Shown here piece by piece: positions 1-9,786 of a DNA stretch of 64,000 bases (its first letter is position 1; the number at the start of each line of letters is the position of its first letter). Both the position numbers and the translations under genes were made by a program. The stretch is from Candidatus Latescibacterota bacterium. GTDB lineage: Bacteria > Latescibacterota > UBA2968 > UBA8231. Under the pieces are notes generated by a model. The model did no database searches. It saw only the letters and a list, made by a program, of their open reading frames with translations, and had not been told where the DNA came from. The DNA is taken from contig CBDBIJ010000091.1 in the NCBI GenBank assembly GCA_965205655.1, positions 18,916-82,915 of the forward strand. Reading direction: 5' to 3'.

Positions 1-636
1 GACGTCATTATGTATCTGGGGGAAGAGTATGAAGCCCTCCACGAGCTGGCCGGAAAAAACGAACTCCTCGGCAGGGTAGGATGTACGCGTGACGATGTCT
101 CGGCGTTCGGTGAAGCGCTGATAGGCCAGGCCGGTGTAGCCGACTGCGAAGCGACGGAAATACTCCACAATATCGAAATCTCCCCACGGATAATAGGTGC
201 GGCCGTTGTCAGACTCGATGGTCGCCTGCAGTGGGTCGAGTTTCACCTTCGGATATTCGTAGTTCTTGACGCTGACCTTGAACACGGAGAACCGCAGCGG
301 CGGACCACCGGTCTGCGGGTCCTCCCAGTCGCCGAAGGTCATGGGGATCGTGGGCAGCTCGCCCCCCGGCCCGCCGCCGTCTTTGGAGAAGGATATGAAC
401 TGACGATTGAGCTCATCGTCGGTCATAGGCCGGACCGAGACCTCGAGGCGGCCTCGGATGTAGGCCGCGGTGCCGTCATCGTACACCTGGATCGCAGCTG
501 CGGCACCCGGCTCAGGCTGCTGCTTGGCGTTGAAAGGCTTGAAGTGGCCGGGCACCAGGTAGTAGCCGCAACCCCATATCAGGGCCAGGGTAACCGGAGC
601 CACAAGAAACCGCTCAATATGGATCCGCATAGTCAT
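1..636 (-). CDS. Uncharacterized lipoprotein, 3' end runs off the window
   Basis: Not in the ORF track because it has no stop in the window. Manual translation is open from ATG 636 to base 1: MTMRIHIERFLVAPVTLALIWGCGYYLVPG...KNYEYPKVKLDP...GFILFPQIHNDV. AGGAG RBS upstream; lipobox-like IWG-C. Confidence 0.85.
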   Translation of the reverse strand, partial: MTMRIHIERFLVAPVTLALIWGCGYYLVPGHFKPFNAKQQPEPGAAAAIQVYDDGTAAYIRGRLEVSVRPMTDDELNRQFISFSKDGGGPGGELPTIPMTFGDWEDPQTGGPPLRFSVFKVSVKNYEYPKVKLDPLQATIESDNGRTYYPWGDFDIVEYFRRFAVGYTGLAYQRFTERRDIVTRTSYPAEEFVFSGQLVEGFILFPQIHNDV

Positions 637-664
637 GATCGTTTCTCCTGCCAGTGCCGCGCCG

Positions 665-2062
665 TTAGCGATCGACGCCGTCCGGCGCGATGGGGTCTGC
701 CTCTCTTCTCTTGCGCGCCACGAAGGTGTGAAAACGGTCCTCCTCCACCGACACCAGCTGTTGATGCCTGGCTCGCAACTCCTCCAGGTAGGTCTCGAAC
801 AGAGGGGCGGCTCGCTCTTCCCGGAGGTCGCGGAGCACCCTGGATTGGACCAGCGCTGCTCCCCTGGAGTCGAACAGCTCCCCGGCGTAGCGCTCCCTGT
901 TGCGCTCGAAGTAATCCTGTATCTCCGCTCCGGTGACAGGGATCTGACTCAGCCCGTCGCGGGACCACAGGGCATCGATCGCCTTCTGTTCCCTCACCGC
1001 CTGCCGCTGCTCGGCCAGGCGGCTGTGCAGACCCTTTTCCCTGGCCTCTTTGTCGAGGAGCTGATCCAGCACATACGTGCGTCGGATGCGTAGAGCGAGG
1101 GACGTGGCCTGGTCGGAAACGGTCAGTTCCTCAACAGGGTGGCGGAGATAGTCGCCAACCGTCCACTCACCGAGGGCGCTGCGCACCAGCGGGAGCGCGG
1201 GATCCACTTCCGCGGGGTCGGAGGCCACCAGCAATCGGTGGACCGCGGAGCTGTCGAGATCCACGTCGTATTTGCTCATGAGCGATTCCAGATACGCCAG
1301 GCTTGCATCAAAGTGTGTCTGCCGCTCGATCGCCAGCTCAGCGAGGCCGCGGCGCTCCTGCAGCGAAACGGTGCGCTCTTCCAGAGCCACGATCAGGACG
1401 TAGCGCCCCTCCGTCTCGACGAGTTCAGCCGCACCGGTCCCCTGCTGGAAAAGGGGAAGAAGGCGCGGCTCTCTCACCGTCAGTGGATTGAGCCAGCGCA
1501 TATCGCCGCCGCCCGCATCCGCTCGCGGGGACCGTGAGGAAGGAAGGGCGTGGAGCTTTGCAAAGCTCATCCCGTCTCTGGCCCGCTCGAGAGCGTCCAG
1601 GGCCTCGGCGCGGTCCGCAAAGACCAAGCGACCGATACGCAGCTCGCGACCGGCACCCGACTTCGAAAAGAATTCCCTGAGCTCCTCTTCACCCCACTGG
1701 AGCGCGGCGCCCATCTCCAATTCGATGAGACTGTCGATGAGGCGGTTGGTCTCCCACGCCTCGGCCTCGCGCACCACCTCCGGGCCGTCGTACAGGCCCC
1801 GCTCCCGCGCTTCCAGGAGCAACAGCTGCCTGTCGACGAGCAGCTGAAACCGTGCTCGCCATTCCTCCAGAGTCGAAGCCGGGGAGCCGCCGCCCTCCAG
1901 CTTCTGCAGGGCGGCGGCAAAATCGGCATCGGTGATTTCCACCGTGTCCACGTGGGCGAGGATGATTGGCTCCCGCGGGCGATCCGTCGTGCTCGCGCCA
2001 CACCCCGCCCACTGCAGCGCGGCGACGCCTACGAGCGTCCCGAGGATCCCACCACCGGCCAT
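665..2062 (-). CDS. SurA/PrsA-like parvulin (PpiC) foldase, lipoprotein
   Basis: Lipobox WAG-C; SurA-N-like 'LAHVDTVEIT...LVDRQLLLLEARERGL'; degenerate rotamase segment 'GMSFAKL...GGDMRWL'. Confidence 0.8.
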   Translation of the reverse strand: MAGGGILGTLVGVAALQWAGCGASTTDRPREPIILAHVDTVEITDADFAAALQKLEGGGSPASTLEEWRARFQLLVDRQLLLLEARERGLYDGPEVVREAEAWETNRLIDSLIELEMGAALQWGEEELREFFSKSGAGRELRIGRLVFADRAEALDALERARDGMSFAKLHALPSSRSPRADAGGGDMRWLNPLTVREPRLLPLFQQGTGAAELVETEGRYVLIVALEERTVSLQERRGLAELAIERQTHFDASLAYLESLMSKYDVDLDSSAVHRLLVASDPAEVDPALPLVRSALGEWTVGDYLRHPVEELTVSDQATSLALRIRRTYVLDQLLDKEAREKGLHSRLAEQRQAVREQKAIDALWSRDGLSQIPVTGAEIQDYFERNRERYAGELFDSRGAALVQSRVLRDLREERAAPLFETYLEELRARHQQLVSVEEDRFHTFVARKRREADPIAPDGVDR

Positions 2063-2085
2063 TCGCCTATGAAGGCGCGAATTAC

Positions 2086-4706
2086 TCAGTACAGATAACC
2101 TCGGCGCTGGGTCGGTCTGCCGCCCTGTCTCTCCTGCTCGAGCCCGGCAAAGACCTCCACAAAGGCGATGGTATTGCTCACGTCAAAATCCGTCAGATTG
2201 TCGAAATTGATGTCGTTTACCTGGAATCCGACGTTGGCGATGATATCGTATCCCAGGTACTCCACCCTGTTGGAATGCTGAGCAGTGAAGACCTTGCCGA
2301 CGAAGTCGTCTACGTACTCCGGCGACACGGGGTCGGGGATGGGTTCGGAGTTCCAGAACAGCACGCCTTCGACGCCCACCTCGATGCTGCTGTGGCTGAG
2401 CAGGGGGAACATGCCGCTCAACGACAGGATCTGGCTCAGCTCATTTATATCAAGCTGCGACGCGTGGGACGGGGTCCGCTTGCGCCACATGCTCTTCCAT
2501 CTCGGAGTCACGATGATGCCATCCCCAACTTCGAACGGGCGATCCGCCTTGTTGATCAGACCGAGAAAGAAGCTGTTGTCGAGCCTGTCAGCTTCGTCAC
2601 CTCGCTGACGGAAGTGATCGAGGCGCAGCTTGTTCCTCACTGTCAGGTTGCCCGCGACGTAGGTGTGGCCGACAAAGCCCTCGTTGACGACGGTGTCCCT
2701 GCTGATCGAGGGATCGCTGAAGGGCCTGAGACCTCCGGACGAGCCGGGCCGCTGAGCCCACAGGACGACATCGTCGTCGATGTCATCCGAGACAGACTTG
2801 AGCATGTGAAACAGCTCGATCAGACCAAGGCGCGGGTGATCCCTGGAGAGGGAGACGAGGGAATACCACATCTTGCTGCGAGCCTCACCGGCGGGGATCC
2901 ACTCGCGAGAGCGGCCAACCGTCACATTGACACCGGGGTAGATTTCGCTCCCTCCGTACACGTTGTAGCCGCGGTGGCCTTTCTTGTACGGGTAATCGGC
3001 GTCCAAGTCGTTTTCGAACCGATCCACGACCGAGTTGTTGTTCATGTCCACGCCGAAGAGAAAGTCGGGCGGGTCTACATAATGTCGTAGGAACGGCTCG
3101 TCGTAATCCGGAGTGAGGTTCTGGTTCTCATTGAAGTCCGAGATCAAGTCGTTGTTTTCGTCGAATCCGGGGAAGATGCTGATGTCGGCGGTGCCGCCGC
3201 CGGCGCGGGCCCAGTCCACTTCGCGATCCTGGTCGTCGTTGTCGTCGACGTACTCATACCAGTTCCGTCGCGAGTCCGAGTAGTCCACGGAGTTGTTCAA
3301 AGCGTTCGTGATATACCCGCGGGTAGTATAGTCGTGCTCCATCCCGAAGACTTCCCCGTACCCGAAGAGACGACCGCTGCGCTTGGTGACGTTGAGGAAG
3401 AAGGCGTCAGCGGTACGCTCGCTCTTATGCAGATCGCTCAACTTCGCAAAATTGATGTTCGGATACCGATAGTACTGGGTGTTTCTGGCGAACTCGCCGC
3501 GAAGTTGAAACCCGAGCACGTCCTCCACTTCGAGGGTTACGCTGCCGATCTGATTGGCCGATGGTACGCCGTAGTGGAAGCTGACCAGTCGCTGATTCGT
3601 GTTGTCCCGCACGTTGCCGCTGGCACGGGTCACCGGCAGGAAGATGGGGCTGATCACCTGCGTTCACCTGAAGGTTGGAGGTGACATCAACCCGATAGTC
3701 GTTGGACAGCACGAGGTCGAAGCGGACCTTTTCGACACCCAGAGGATCGGGGACCGGGAACCTCAGCTCGATCGGGGCTTCCGAAACCGCTTCCAGGAAT
3801 CCCTCTCTGAGGCGGCCGCCCGAGACGAATGGCTCCACGGCCGAGAGTTCCCCATCGACAATCATCTCTGAGAAGAAATAGAGCGCCCCGGAACCGTCCC
3901 CGGGCGAATCGTCCGTAATTCGGATAATGACTTCGTTGACGTTGCCCGAGTTCATCTTGGCGGGCAACAAGCCGGCCAGCGATGTCTCGGAGAAGTCGCT
4001 GCGGCTGGAGCCGAAGTGGGTGTTCACGAAAGCGACGCCGAGCTCGACGAAGTCCCCGAGCTGGGCCGTGCTCCGCAACCCGATCAGGTTTGTGTAATCC
4101 TGGCGCGGGTCGAGCCTCGTCTCACTCGAAGCCAGGAATAGGCTCGCTGACGCGCGAGAGCAGCACCGTGCCATTGTACTTGTCGGAGGCGACATCCCAC
4201 TGGATGCCGTTGAACCGGGCGCGACTGAAGGTCAATGGCGTGAGTGTAGTCCGGATCTCATCTCCGATAGTAAGAGCCGTGTGGTACTGGCCTTTCGAAT
4301 CGGAGGCCACTATCACCTTGCTGAACCAGTTGTTGTACCGCGCCTCCTTCAGCACCGTGCTGCCGAAGGACCGCGGCTGCTGCTGGCGCCAATCGTAGAT
4401 CTGCCAACCCCGGGTAAGCCAGTTCCCGAAGATGTCGTACTTCCCGCGGCCCTCCAGCTCCGTGCTCACATATCGCTCGAAGGTATCCCGGCCGTAGTTG
4501 GTGTAGTTGTAGCCACCCCACTGGTAGTAATTGTAGAGATCGTGGGGCACATACCATTTGCGCAACGTGGGAATGAGCGGGTCATACCCCTCGATCCGCA
4601 CCTGCGAGGTGGCTCCCCTCTCCCTGCCGGGCGTAGCCGCCAAAAGGCCGGAGGCCCAGCAGCTGATGCAGATCAAAACCATCCAGCAGATCGTTCGGTG
4701 GCGCAT
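2086..4706 (-). CDS. Large secreted, probably outer-membrane beta-barrel protein of about 870 aa, split by two frameshifts (about 4138 and 3648)
   Basis: ORFs 4122-4706, 3425-4195 and 2086-3657 overlap in successive frames and join as SRVSEP/FLASSETRLD and AGDQP/IFLPVTRASGN. N-terminal signal peptide; alternating hydrophobic beta-strands in the C-terminal third; Asp/Asn-rich loop. Confidence 0.7.
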
Positions 4707-4720
4707 GATTTCTCTCTTTC

Positions 4721-6529
4721 TCAGTAGGCCACGGCCACGAGGCGGACAAGAGTCTCGTCGCCTTCATCGGTCTCGACCTCGACCCGAAGCAGGTACAACC
4801 CCGGAGGGACGAGATCTTGCGCATCGTCTCTTCCGTCCCAGGTCAGCGTCATTGGTCCAGATAGACCCAAGTCATTGTGTATCTCGCTGACCTGCAGTCC
4901 CGCCAAATCGTGTACGACAGCCCTCGTCCTGACGTGATTCGTGGCCTTCAGCAGAATGTACTCCAGGCTCACCGCATCGTTGGCGCCATCGCCATTCGGA
5001 GTCAGGACCGGAGAGGATAGCCGGACGCGGGCGATGAGGGGGTCCTCGACGCCCGCCTTCACTACGAGGGCATCGCCGTCAAGAGCCTCATTGGCGTCAC
5101 CGGCGACGACGTACTGTGGGAACCCATCGTACTGGCTGTCGACTACCTGGCCTCGAAACTCGGTGCCAGCCACGGTAAGCAGCGCTTCGAAGTCCACTTC
5201 TACCATCTGGCCCGAGGCTTCCACCCGGTCGCCCTCAAACGCGACTGCAAGCTGATTCGATGCGGCAATCCAGGTCGGATCGAATTGGACGGAAGCTCCG
5301 TCGACGCGCACAGCGGTTGCTCGAGCCTCAAAAGGGGTTGTGATGAAAACGGTGTCAAAGCCCGGTTGGCCAGATGAAAGCACGGATCGAAGGTGGTAGG
5401 TGAAGGCGGTCGTGTCACCGAGCACGGCCTCGGCGGGCGAGATTTCACCGACAACGGAATCTGCGATAGCCGGGACCGAGTACAGAATGGTCAATGAATC
5501 GACGACGGCCCTGTCGCGAACCCCGTTCGAGCTGAAGTCGAGATCGAACTGCACCCACTGCCTCGCGTCCGGCGAGTCGAACGGCCCCTCGAGGTAGGGG
5601 TACGAAGGGCTCCAGGGGCTCCAGTCGCGGTTGTTTACCACACTGAAACTCCGGAACGAGCGAAGCTGGCCGGACGGGACCTCATCCCTGGTGATTTCCC
5701 TCACCTGGCCGGCAATACCGGTTGGCATGAAAAAGAGGGAGTCGTCGGCTGCGGACCCGGATTTGGTGCGCAACGTGACACGCGCCGCGGGATCGATACG
5801 GGAGTGGACCTGCATCGGTCCGAAATTCGCCGGCTCCTGCAGGTCGAGGACTTCGCTCACATAGCTCGCGGTGCGCGTTACGCCGATGCCGTACACCTCC
5901 ATATCCCCCATGAGAAAGAAGCCCTGATCAGTGGTGCTGCGTAACCTGAGGAAACGGATTCGCTCGACGGGGAACTGAAGATCCAGCTCTATGTCCGAGT
6001 GGTTGGGGTCAGCAGCAAACAGGGTATACACAGGGTCCGAACCTCTGAAATTGCTGCCGTTGCTGACGTACAACTCGTAACCCCGGAGGGACAGAGAGCC
6101 GAGGTCTATGAAGCGTTCGAAGGATTGCCAATTCGGGTCATTGGGGTCGCTGCCGCGCAGGAGACGTATGCGATGCAGAAAGTAGGTTCCCTTCAGGTCG
6201 ATTTCGAGCTCCGCCCCCTTGGTGTGGACCCACACCCGCCATCCGGTTCCGTAGTCACCGTCGGTGAGGTCGGCCATGATAGATCCCTCGTCCACCGCCG
6301 CGGTCACCGAGGTCACGGCCTTTCCGCCGGTTCCCGGCAACAGGTTCTTCGTGCTGTCCAACTCCACGGGAGACAGGCGGTTGCCGGCTGTTGATAGGCC
6401 CTTCAAAACGAGATCGTGATCTGTCCAGGTCCGACCGGACCCGCCGAATTTGAGGGTCGAGACTCTAGCCGCCACTCCGCCAGAGGATATCGCCAAGGCA
6501 GCCAGAATCAGGATCAAGATTCGCGTCAT
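4721..6529 (-). CDS. Secreted discoidin/F5/8-like domain protein with FlgD-Ig / T9SS type-B-like C-terminal domain
   Basis: Signal peptide; 'LTDGDYGTGW...LEIDL' discoidin-like region; 'DWSPWS'; 'LTPNGDGAND...WDGRD...PPGLYLLRV...RLVAVAY*'. Confidence 0.85.
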   Translation of the reverse strand: MTRILILILAALAISSGGVAARVSTLKFGGSGRTWTDHDLVLKGLSTAGNRLSPVELDSTKNLLPGTGGKAVTSVTAAVDEGSIMADLTDGDYGTGWRVWVHTKGAELEIDLKGTYFLHRIRLLRGSDPNDPNWQSFERFIDLGSLSLRGYELYVSNGSNFRGSDPVYTLFAADPNHSDIELDLQFPVERIRFLRLRSTTDQGFFLMGDMEVYGIGVTRTASYVSEVLDLQEPANFGPMQVHSRIDPAARVTLRTKSGSAADDSLFFMPTGIAGQVREITRDEVPSGQLRSFRSFSVVNNRDWSPWSPSYPYLEGPFDSPDARQWVQFDLDFSSNGVRDRAVVDSLTILYSVPAIADSVVGEISPAEAVLGDTTAFTYHLRSVLSSGQPGFDTVFITTPFEARATAVRVDGASVQFDPTWIAASNQLAVAFEGDRVEASGQMVEVDFEALLTVAGTEFRGQVVDSQYDGFPQYVVAGDANEALDGDALVVKAGVEDPLIARVRLSSPVLTPNGDGANDAVSLEYILLKATNHVRTRAVVHDLAGLQVSEIHNDLGLSGPMTLTWDGRDDAQDLVPPGLYLLRVEVETDEGDETLVRLVAVAY

Positions 6530-8607
6530 CAGTAGGCCAGGCGCACGAGCCGAGTCTGTGTTTCGGAGCCGGTATCTGTCGAAACCGAGAGCCGAAGCAG
6601 GTAGAGCCCGGGAGGCACGAGCCGCTCATGGTCATCGCGGCCGTCCCAGGAGTCGAGCGAGGTTGACGCGGGACCGTTGGGCTGATCGGCCTGCAATTGG
6701 CGCACCCGCCGGCCGGTTAGATTGTGAAGTGTCAGCTCCACGGGTACGGCGGCCAACGCCTTCATGAGGACGTAGGTGATCGTCAGCTCGTCGTTGATTC
6801 CATCTCCGTTCGGGGTGAATACGGCAGGCTCGACCTGAAGATCCTTCAGCAAGGTCCGCAGCAATTCTCCGTGGATGGAGAGTCTATCCGCGTCGGAGTC
6901 CGCTGTGGCGTCGCCGGGCAGCACCTCCTGGCCGAACTCTCCCCTTCCAAAGTCGAAAATCCGACCGGAGAACCTGGTTCCGAAAACGGTGACGAGACCG
7001 CGGAAGCGGACCTTCAGGACCTGGTCCGAACTCTGGATGCGGCGCTCCATGAGCCGCACGGTCAAGCTGTTGGGATCGTCGAGGCCGATTTCCTCGAATT
7101 GATCCGGCGGTACCGTCTCTCCGTCCAGCTCGACGGATTCGAGAATTGCCGGGAATGGAGTCGTGATGCGAATGGCGTCCAGTCCCGGAACGCCTCCCGG
7201 CTCCACCAGAATCTGATACTCATACGACACCGCGGACTCTCTTTCCGGGTCAGTGAAAGAGGCATCGCTGACGTCTTCTATCCGCGCGATCACCTCGAAC
7301 CGGCCGTCGTCGACGGGCCGTCGCTCGACTCGATACGCCCCGAAACTGGCGCCCGAGAATGGACTCCACCGCAAGTTAGCCGAGGTACCCTGAGCCCCGA
7401 TCTGGACGGCGAGCAATGGCGCTTCGATGGCGAACTCCGGACGGATGAAGTAGTCGAAAGTCTGCTCCTGTCCCAGGACGACGGTGGCGGGGATGATCTC
7501 ACCCACCACGCCCCCCCCGGCCAGCGACGGGGTGGAGAATTCGATCTCGAAGGACTCGACGGCCGCGGTCTGGCGAACGTGACCGGAAGTGAAGAGGAGA
7601 CGAAACTGGACAAATTGCCTGTTGCCAGCAGATCGGAACTGGTCCGACAGGTCGCCGGAGGGAGCCGACCAGCGACTCCAGTCCTCCAGGTTGTCCCGCT
7701 CCACACGGTCATCGGAATTGAGCGTGGCGAATATCGCGGCGGCTTGCGGAAAACCCACAGGTTGGATCGGCTCTTCCGTTATTCCGCCTGCCCGGAGGTC
7801 TTCGACCTTCCGGTAATAGATGTGCGGGTCGAGCACCGAACCAGTACGGGTCTGTAGCACGACGTCGGTCTCGGGATCCCGCAGCACCGACGCAAACATG
7901 TCGCCGAAGTTCGCCGGTTCCTTCAGATCTCTGATCTGCGAGGTGAACTGACCGGTTGGCGCGAAGCCGTCTCCAAAGACCTCCAACTCAGTGATGGTGA
8001 AGATCTTCTCAGCGCGGTTTTCCAGTTTGATGAACCTCACGTACTGCAAAGGGAAGGCCATATCGATGACGGGGGAGTCCTCATCGGCACTTGAGAGCTT
8101 CGGATCCCCGAAGTCGATCGGGAGATCATGGCGCAGCCTTTCCGGATCGCCGTCGTGCAGGAACAGTTCCCACGCACGCATGAAGCTCTCCTCTTTGCCG
8201 CTGACAATGATCCGTTCGATCGGCAGAATCGCTCCCAGGTCGATGCGCACGGAAAACCCGGTAAAGTCCGTCCGCTTTGCCGGGGGCTGCCAGGAGGTGG
8301 CGTGGTTGTCATCGGTCAGCGGAAGGATGAGATTGGCGTGTTTGTCCTGCGCTGCGAAAATATGTCCGCCGCGCTCTTTGATGTCAGATAGAGCGTCCCT
8401 GGCAGGATCCACTCGCGACAGTCTCAGGACGCCGTTCACAGTAGAGACCCCCTCAAGCTCGCCGATATCCTCCCAATCGATACCGCCAACACCGATGCGC
8501 AAGATGTCGGCAGCCGCCACCGGGCCAACGCCAAGGGGGAGGCAGACCGCAGCCGACGAGATCAATACGATCAGGATCGACATGACTGGATCGCGGTTGC
8601 GAGTCAT
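6529..8607 (-). CDS. Secreted discoidin-like / FlgD-CTD paralog with an inserted FN3-like domain
   Basis: Same architecture (NFG, RTG, DWSRWS, GEIIP, FTPNGDGIND, WDGRD, RLVRLAY*). Its stop overlaps the next start (TGATG at 6527-6531). Confidence 0.85.
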   Translation of the reverse strand: MTRNRDPVMSILIVLISSAAVCLPLGVGPVAAADILRIGVGGIDWEDIGELEGVSTVNGVLRLSRVDPARDALSDIKERGGHIFAAQDKHANLILPLTDDNHATSWQPPAKRTDFTGFSVRIDLGAILPIERIIVSGKEESFMRAWELFLHDGDPERLRHDLPIDFGDPKLSSADEDSPVIDMAFPLQYVRFIKLENRAEKIFTITELEVFGDGFAPTGQFTSQIRDLKEPANFGDMFASVLRDPETDVVLQTRTGSVLDPHIYYRKVEDLRAGGITEEPIQPVGFPQAAAIFATLNSDDRVERDNLEDWSRWSAPSGDLSDQFRSAGNRQFVQFRLLFTSGHVRQTAAVESFEIEFSTPSLAGGGVVGEIIPATVVLGQEQTFDYFIRPEFAIEAPLLAVQIGAQGTSANLRWSPFSGASFGAYRVERRPVDDGRFEVIARIEDVSDASFTDPERESAVSYEYQILVEPGGVPGLDAIRITTPFPAILESVELDGETVPPDQFEEIGLDDPNSLTVRLMERRIQSSDQVLKVRFRGLVTVFGTRFSGRIFDFGRGEFGQEVLPGDATADSDADRLSIHGELLRTLLKDLQVEPAVFTPNGDGINDELTITYVLMKALAAVPVELTLHNLTGRRVRQLQADQPNGPASTSLDSWDGRDDHERLVPPGLYLLRLSVSTDTGSETQTRLVRLAY

Positions 8608-8630
8608 CTCTTCATCTTTGCACCAAAGCC

Positions 8631-8667
8631 AAGAAAAAAAGGGGAGGGGAATGGCTCCCCTCCCCTT
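8631..8667 (-). terminator. Rho-independent terminator-like hairpin inside the minus-strand gene run
   Basis: aaggggagggga/tcccctcccctt inverted repeat (8639-8667), adjacent to an A-run on + that gives a U-tract on the minus transcript. Confidence 0.8.
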
Positions 8668-8708
8668 CGGGACTGAATGGAACTGCCGCCAGGTGGCGAC
8701 GGGTTTCT

Positions 8709-9611
8709 CTACAGGCCTTGACCGGACAGGGCCTTGATCTGGCCCCAGGAGGTCGCCTGGACCGCCGTGGCTCCCGCTGGAACAGGAGTCAAGTAGACGT
8801 CCGGGATGCCGCCGTCATTGACGAAGGCCTCGGCCGTGGAAACGGCGAGCTGCCAGTAATTCTGGCCTTCCACTCCGCCTTCCCCGCCGCCCTGGTTGAT
8901 GCCGGGATCGGCGTCAGAGATGAACTGCGCCAAGCCGGTGGTAAAATCGGGCGTCAGCGTAAAGACGGTGCTGGCGTCCGGGCCGTCGGTGGCATGCCAG
9001 GGGTCGAACAGACGGGCGTCCCACTCATAGGTGGTTTCCTCGCCAATTCGAGTGATTGCCCGGCGAAAGAATCCCGACGATGCCCACCAGTGGTCCGGGC
9101 AATTCCCACTGCACTCACCGCGAAAGCTGGTGATCAGGGGAAAGAAAGCCGGATCCTGGCGGTTGCCAAAGCTGACCTGCATGGTGACGCGGTCGAGCTC
9201 CTCAGCGGCCTGGCCGTGGGGTCCACTGCCCTGATTGTCCGGATCGAAGATCAACTCCATGGAGTCTTCGAAGAAAGGACAGATGTTCAGGCCGAAGTCG
9301 ACGATCTCAACATCGTCGTGGACTTCGCAGATGCCAGCCAGCTTGTTGGTGGCACCATCCCAGCCGTAGAGTATCTGGGCGAAGAAGTCGTCCGCATCGG
9401 TCGCCTCTCCCTTGACGACGAACATGTCATCGGAGGTGATCTCGAAGCCTGACCTGTTGGCCCAGCCCCAATCACCACTGCGGCCGTCGATGGTGGGAGT
9501 GCCACCCGGCGGGATTCCTATAGCAGAGTACAGGGGCACCTCTGCCGGCTCCTGGGCCACGGCGATCGTGGCAACCAGGGCTACTAACACAGCTGAAAAA
9601 AGCGTGCGCAT
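8709..9611 (-). CDS. Secreted CBM9/DOMON-like putative sugar-binding protein with C-terminal TAVQATSWGQIK motif
   Basis: Signal peptide (..TIAVA-Q); 'PTIDG..DW', 'EVHDD', 'EDSMELIFDPDN', 'TYEW', 'FISDAD' pattern; AGGAGG RBS. Confidence 0.75.
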   Translation of the reverse strand: MRTLFSAVLVALVATIAVAQEPAEVPLYSAIGIPPGGTPTIDGRSGDWGWANRSGFEITSDDMFVVKGEATDADDFFAQILYGWDGATNKLAGICEVHDDVEIVDFGLNICPFFEDSMELIFDPDNQGSGPHGQAAEELDRVTMQVSFGNRQDPAFFPLITSFRGECSGNCPDHWWASSGFFRRAITRIGEETTYEWDARLFDPWHATDGPDASTVFTLTPDFTTGLAQFISDADPGINQGGGEGGVEGQNYWQLAVSTAEAFVNDGGIPDVYLTPVPAGATAVQATSWGQIKALSGQGL

Positions 9612-9637
9612 ACGCTTCCTCCTTCAGAAGGATGAAA

Positions 9638-9772
9638 CTTTGACGCGAGCCCGCGTCAAAGGTGGATTAAAAACAGCACCTATTTATTAAAAACAGCACC
9701 TTAGGTACACCGAAATGATCGCACCGCTAACACCTAAGATGTCTAAAGTAACTCGTGTAACTTCGAAGTCAA
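9638..9772 (-). promoter_or_regulatory. Putative sigma70 promoter, tandem operator-like repeats and 5'-UTR hairpin
   Basis: Minus strand TTGACT (9772-9767), N16, TACTTT (9750-9745). 16-bp direct repeat attaaaaacagcacct at 9666 and 9686. Perfect 10-bp inverted repeat at 9638-9661. AT-rich compared with flanking genes. Confidence 0.6.
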
Positions 9773-9786
9773 GCGATTTGTGCGCC

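Noticed and set aside
10-936. Long antisense ORFs, e.g. 10-936, 1966-3090, 9715-10998, 11951-13279, 32464-33900, 35041-36552, 44354-45595, 46429-47769
   Set aside because: They shadow well-supported genes on the opposite strand, are expected from GC-rich codon bias, and show no motifs.
3640-4145. Programmed frameshifting in the barrel gene (both sites would repair to a P-I-F-L-like peptide)
   Set aside because: No canonical slippery heptamer or stimulatory structure seen, and similar indels hit aceE and the TolB-like gene.
9666-9701. Direct repeat as a possible CRISPR array or iteron set
   Set aside because: Only two 16-bp copies separated by 4 bp; no cas or rep gene nearby.
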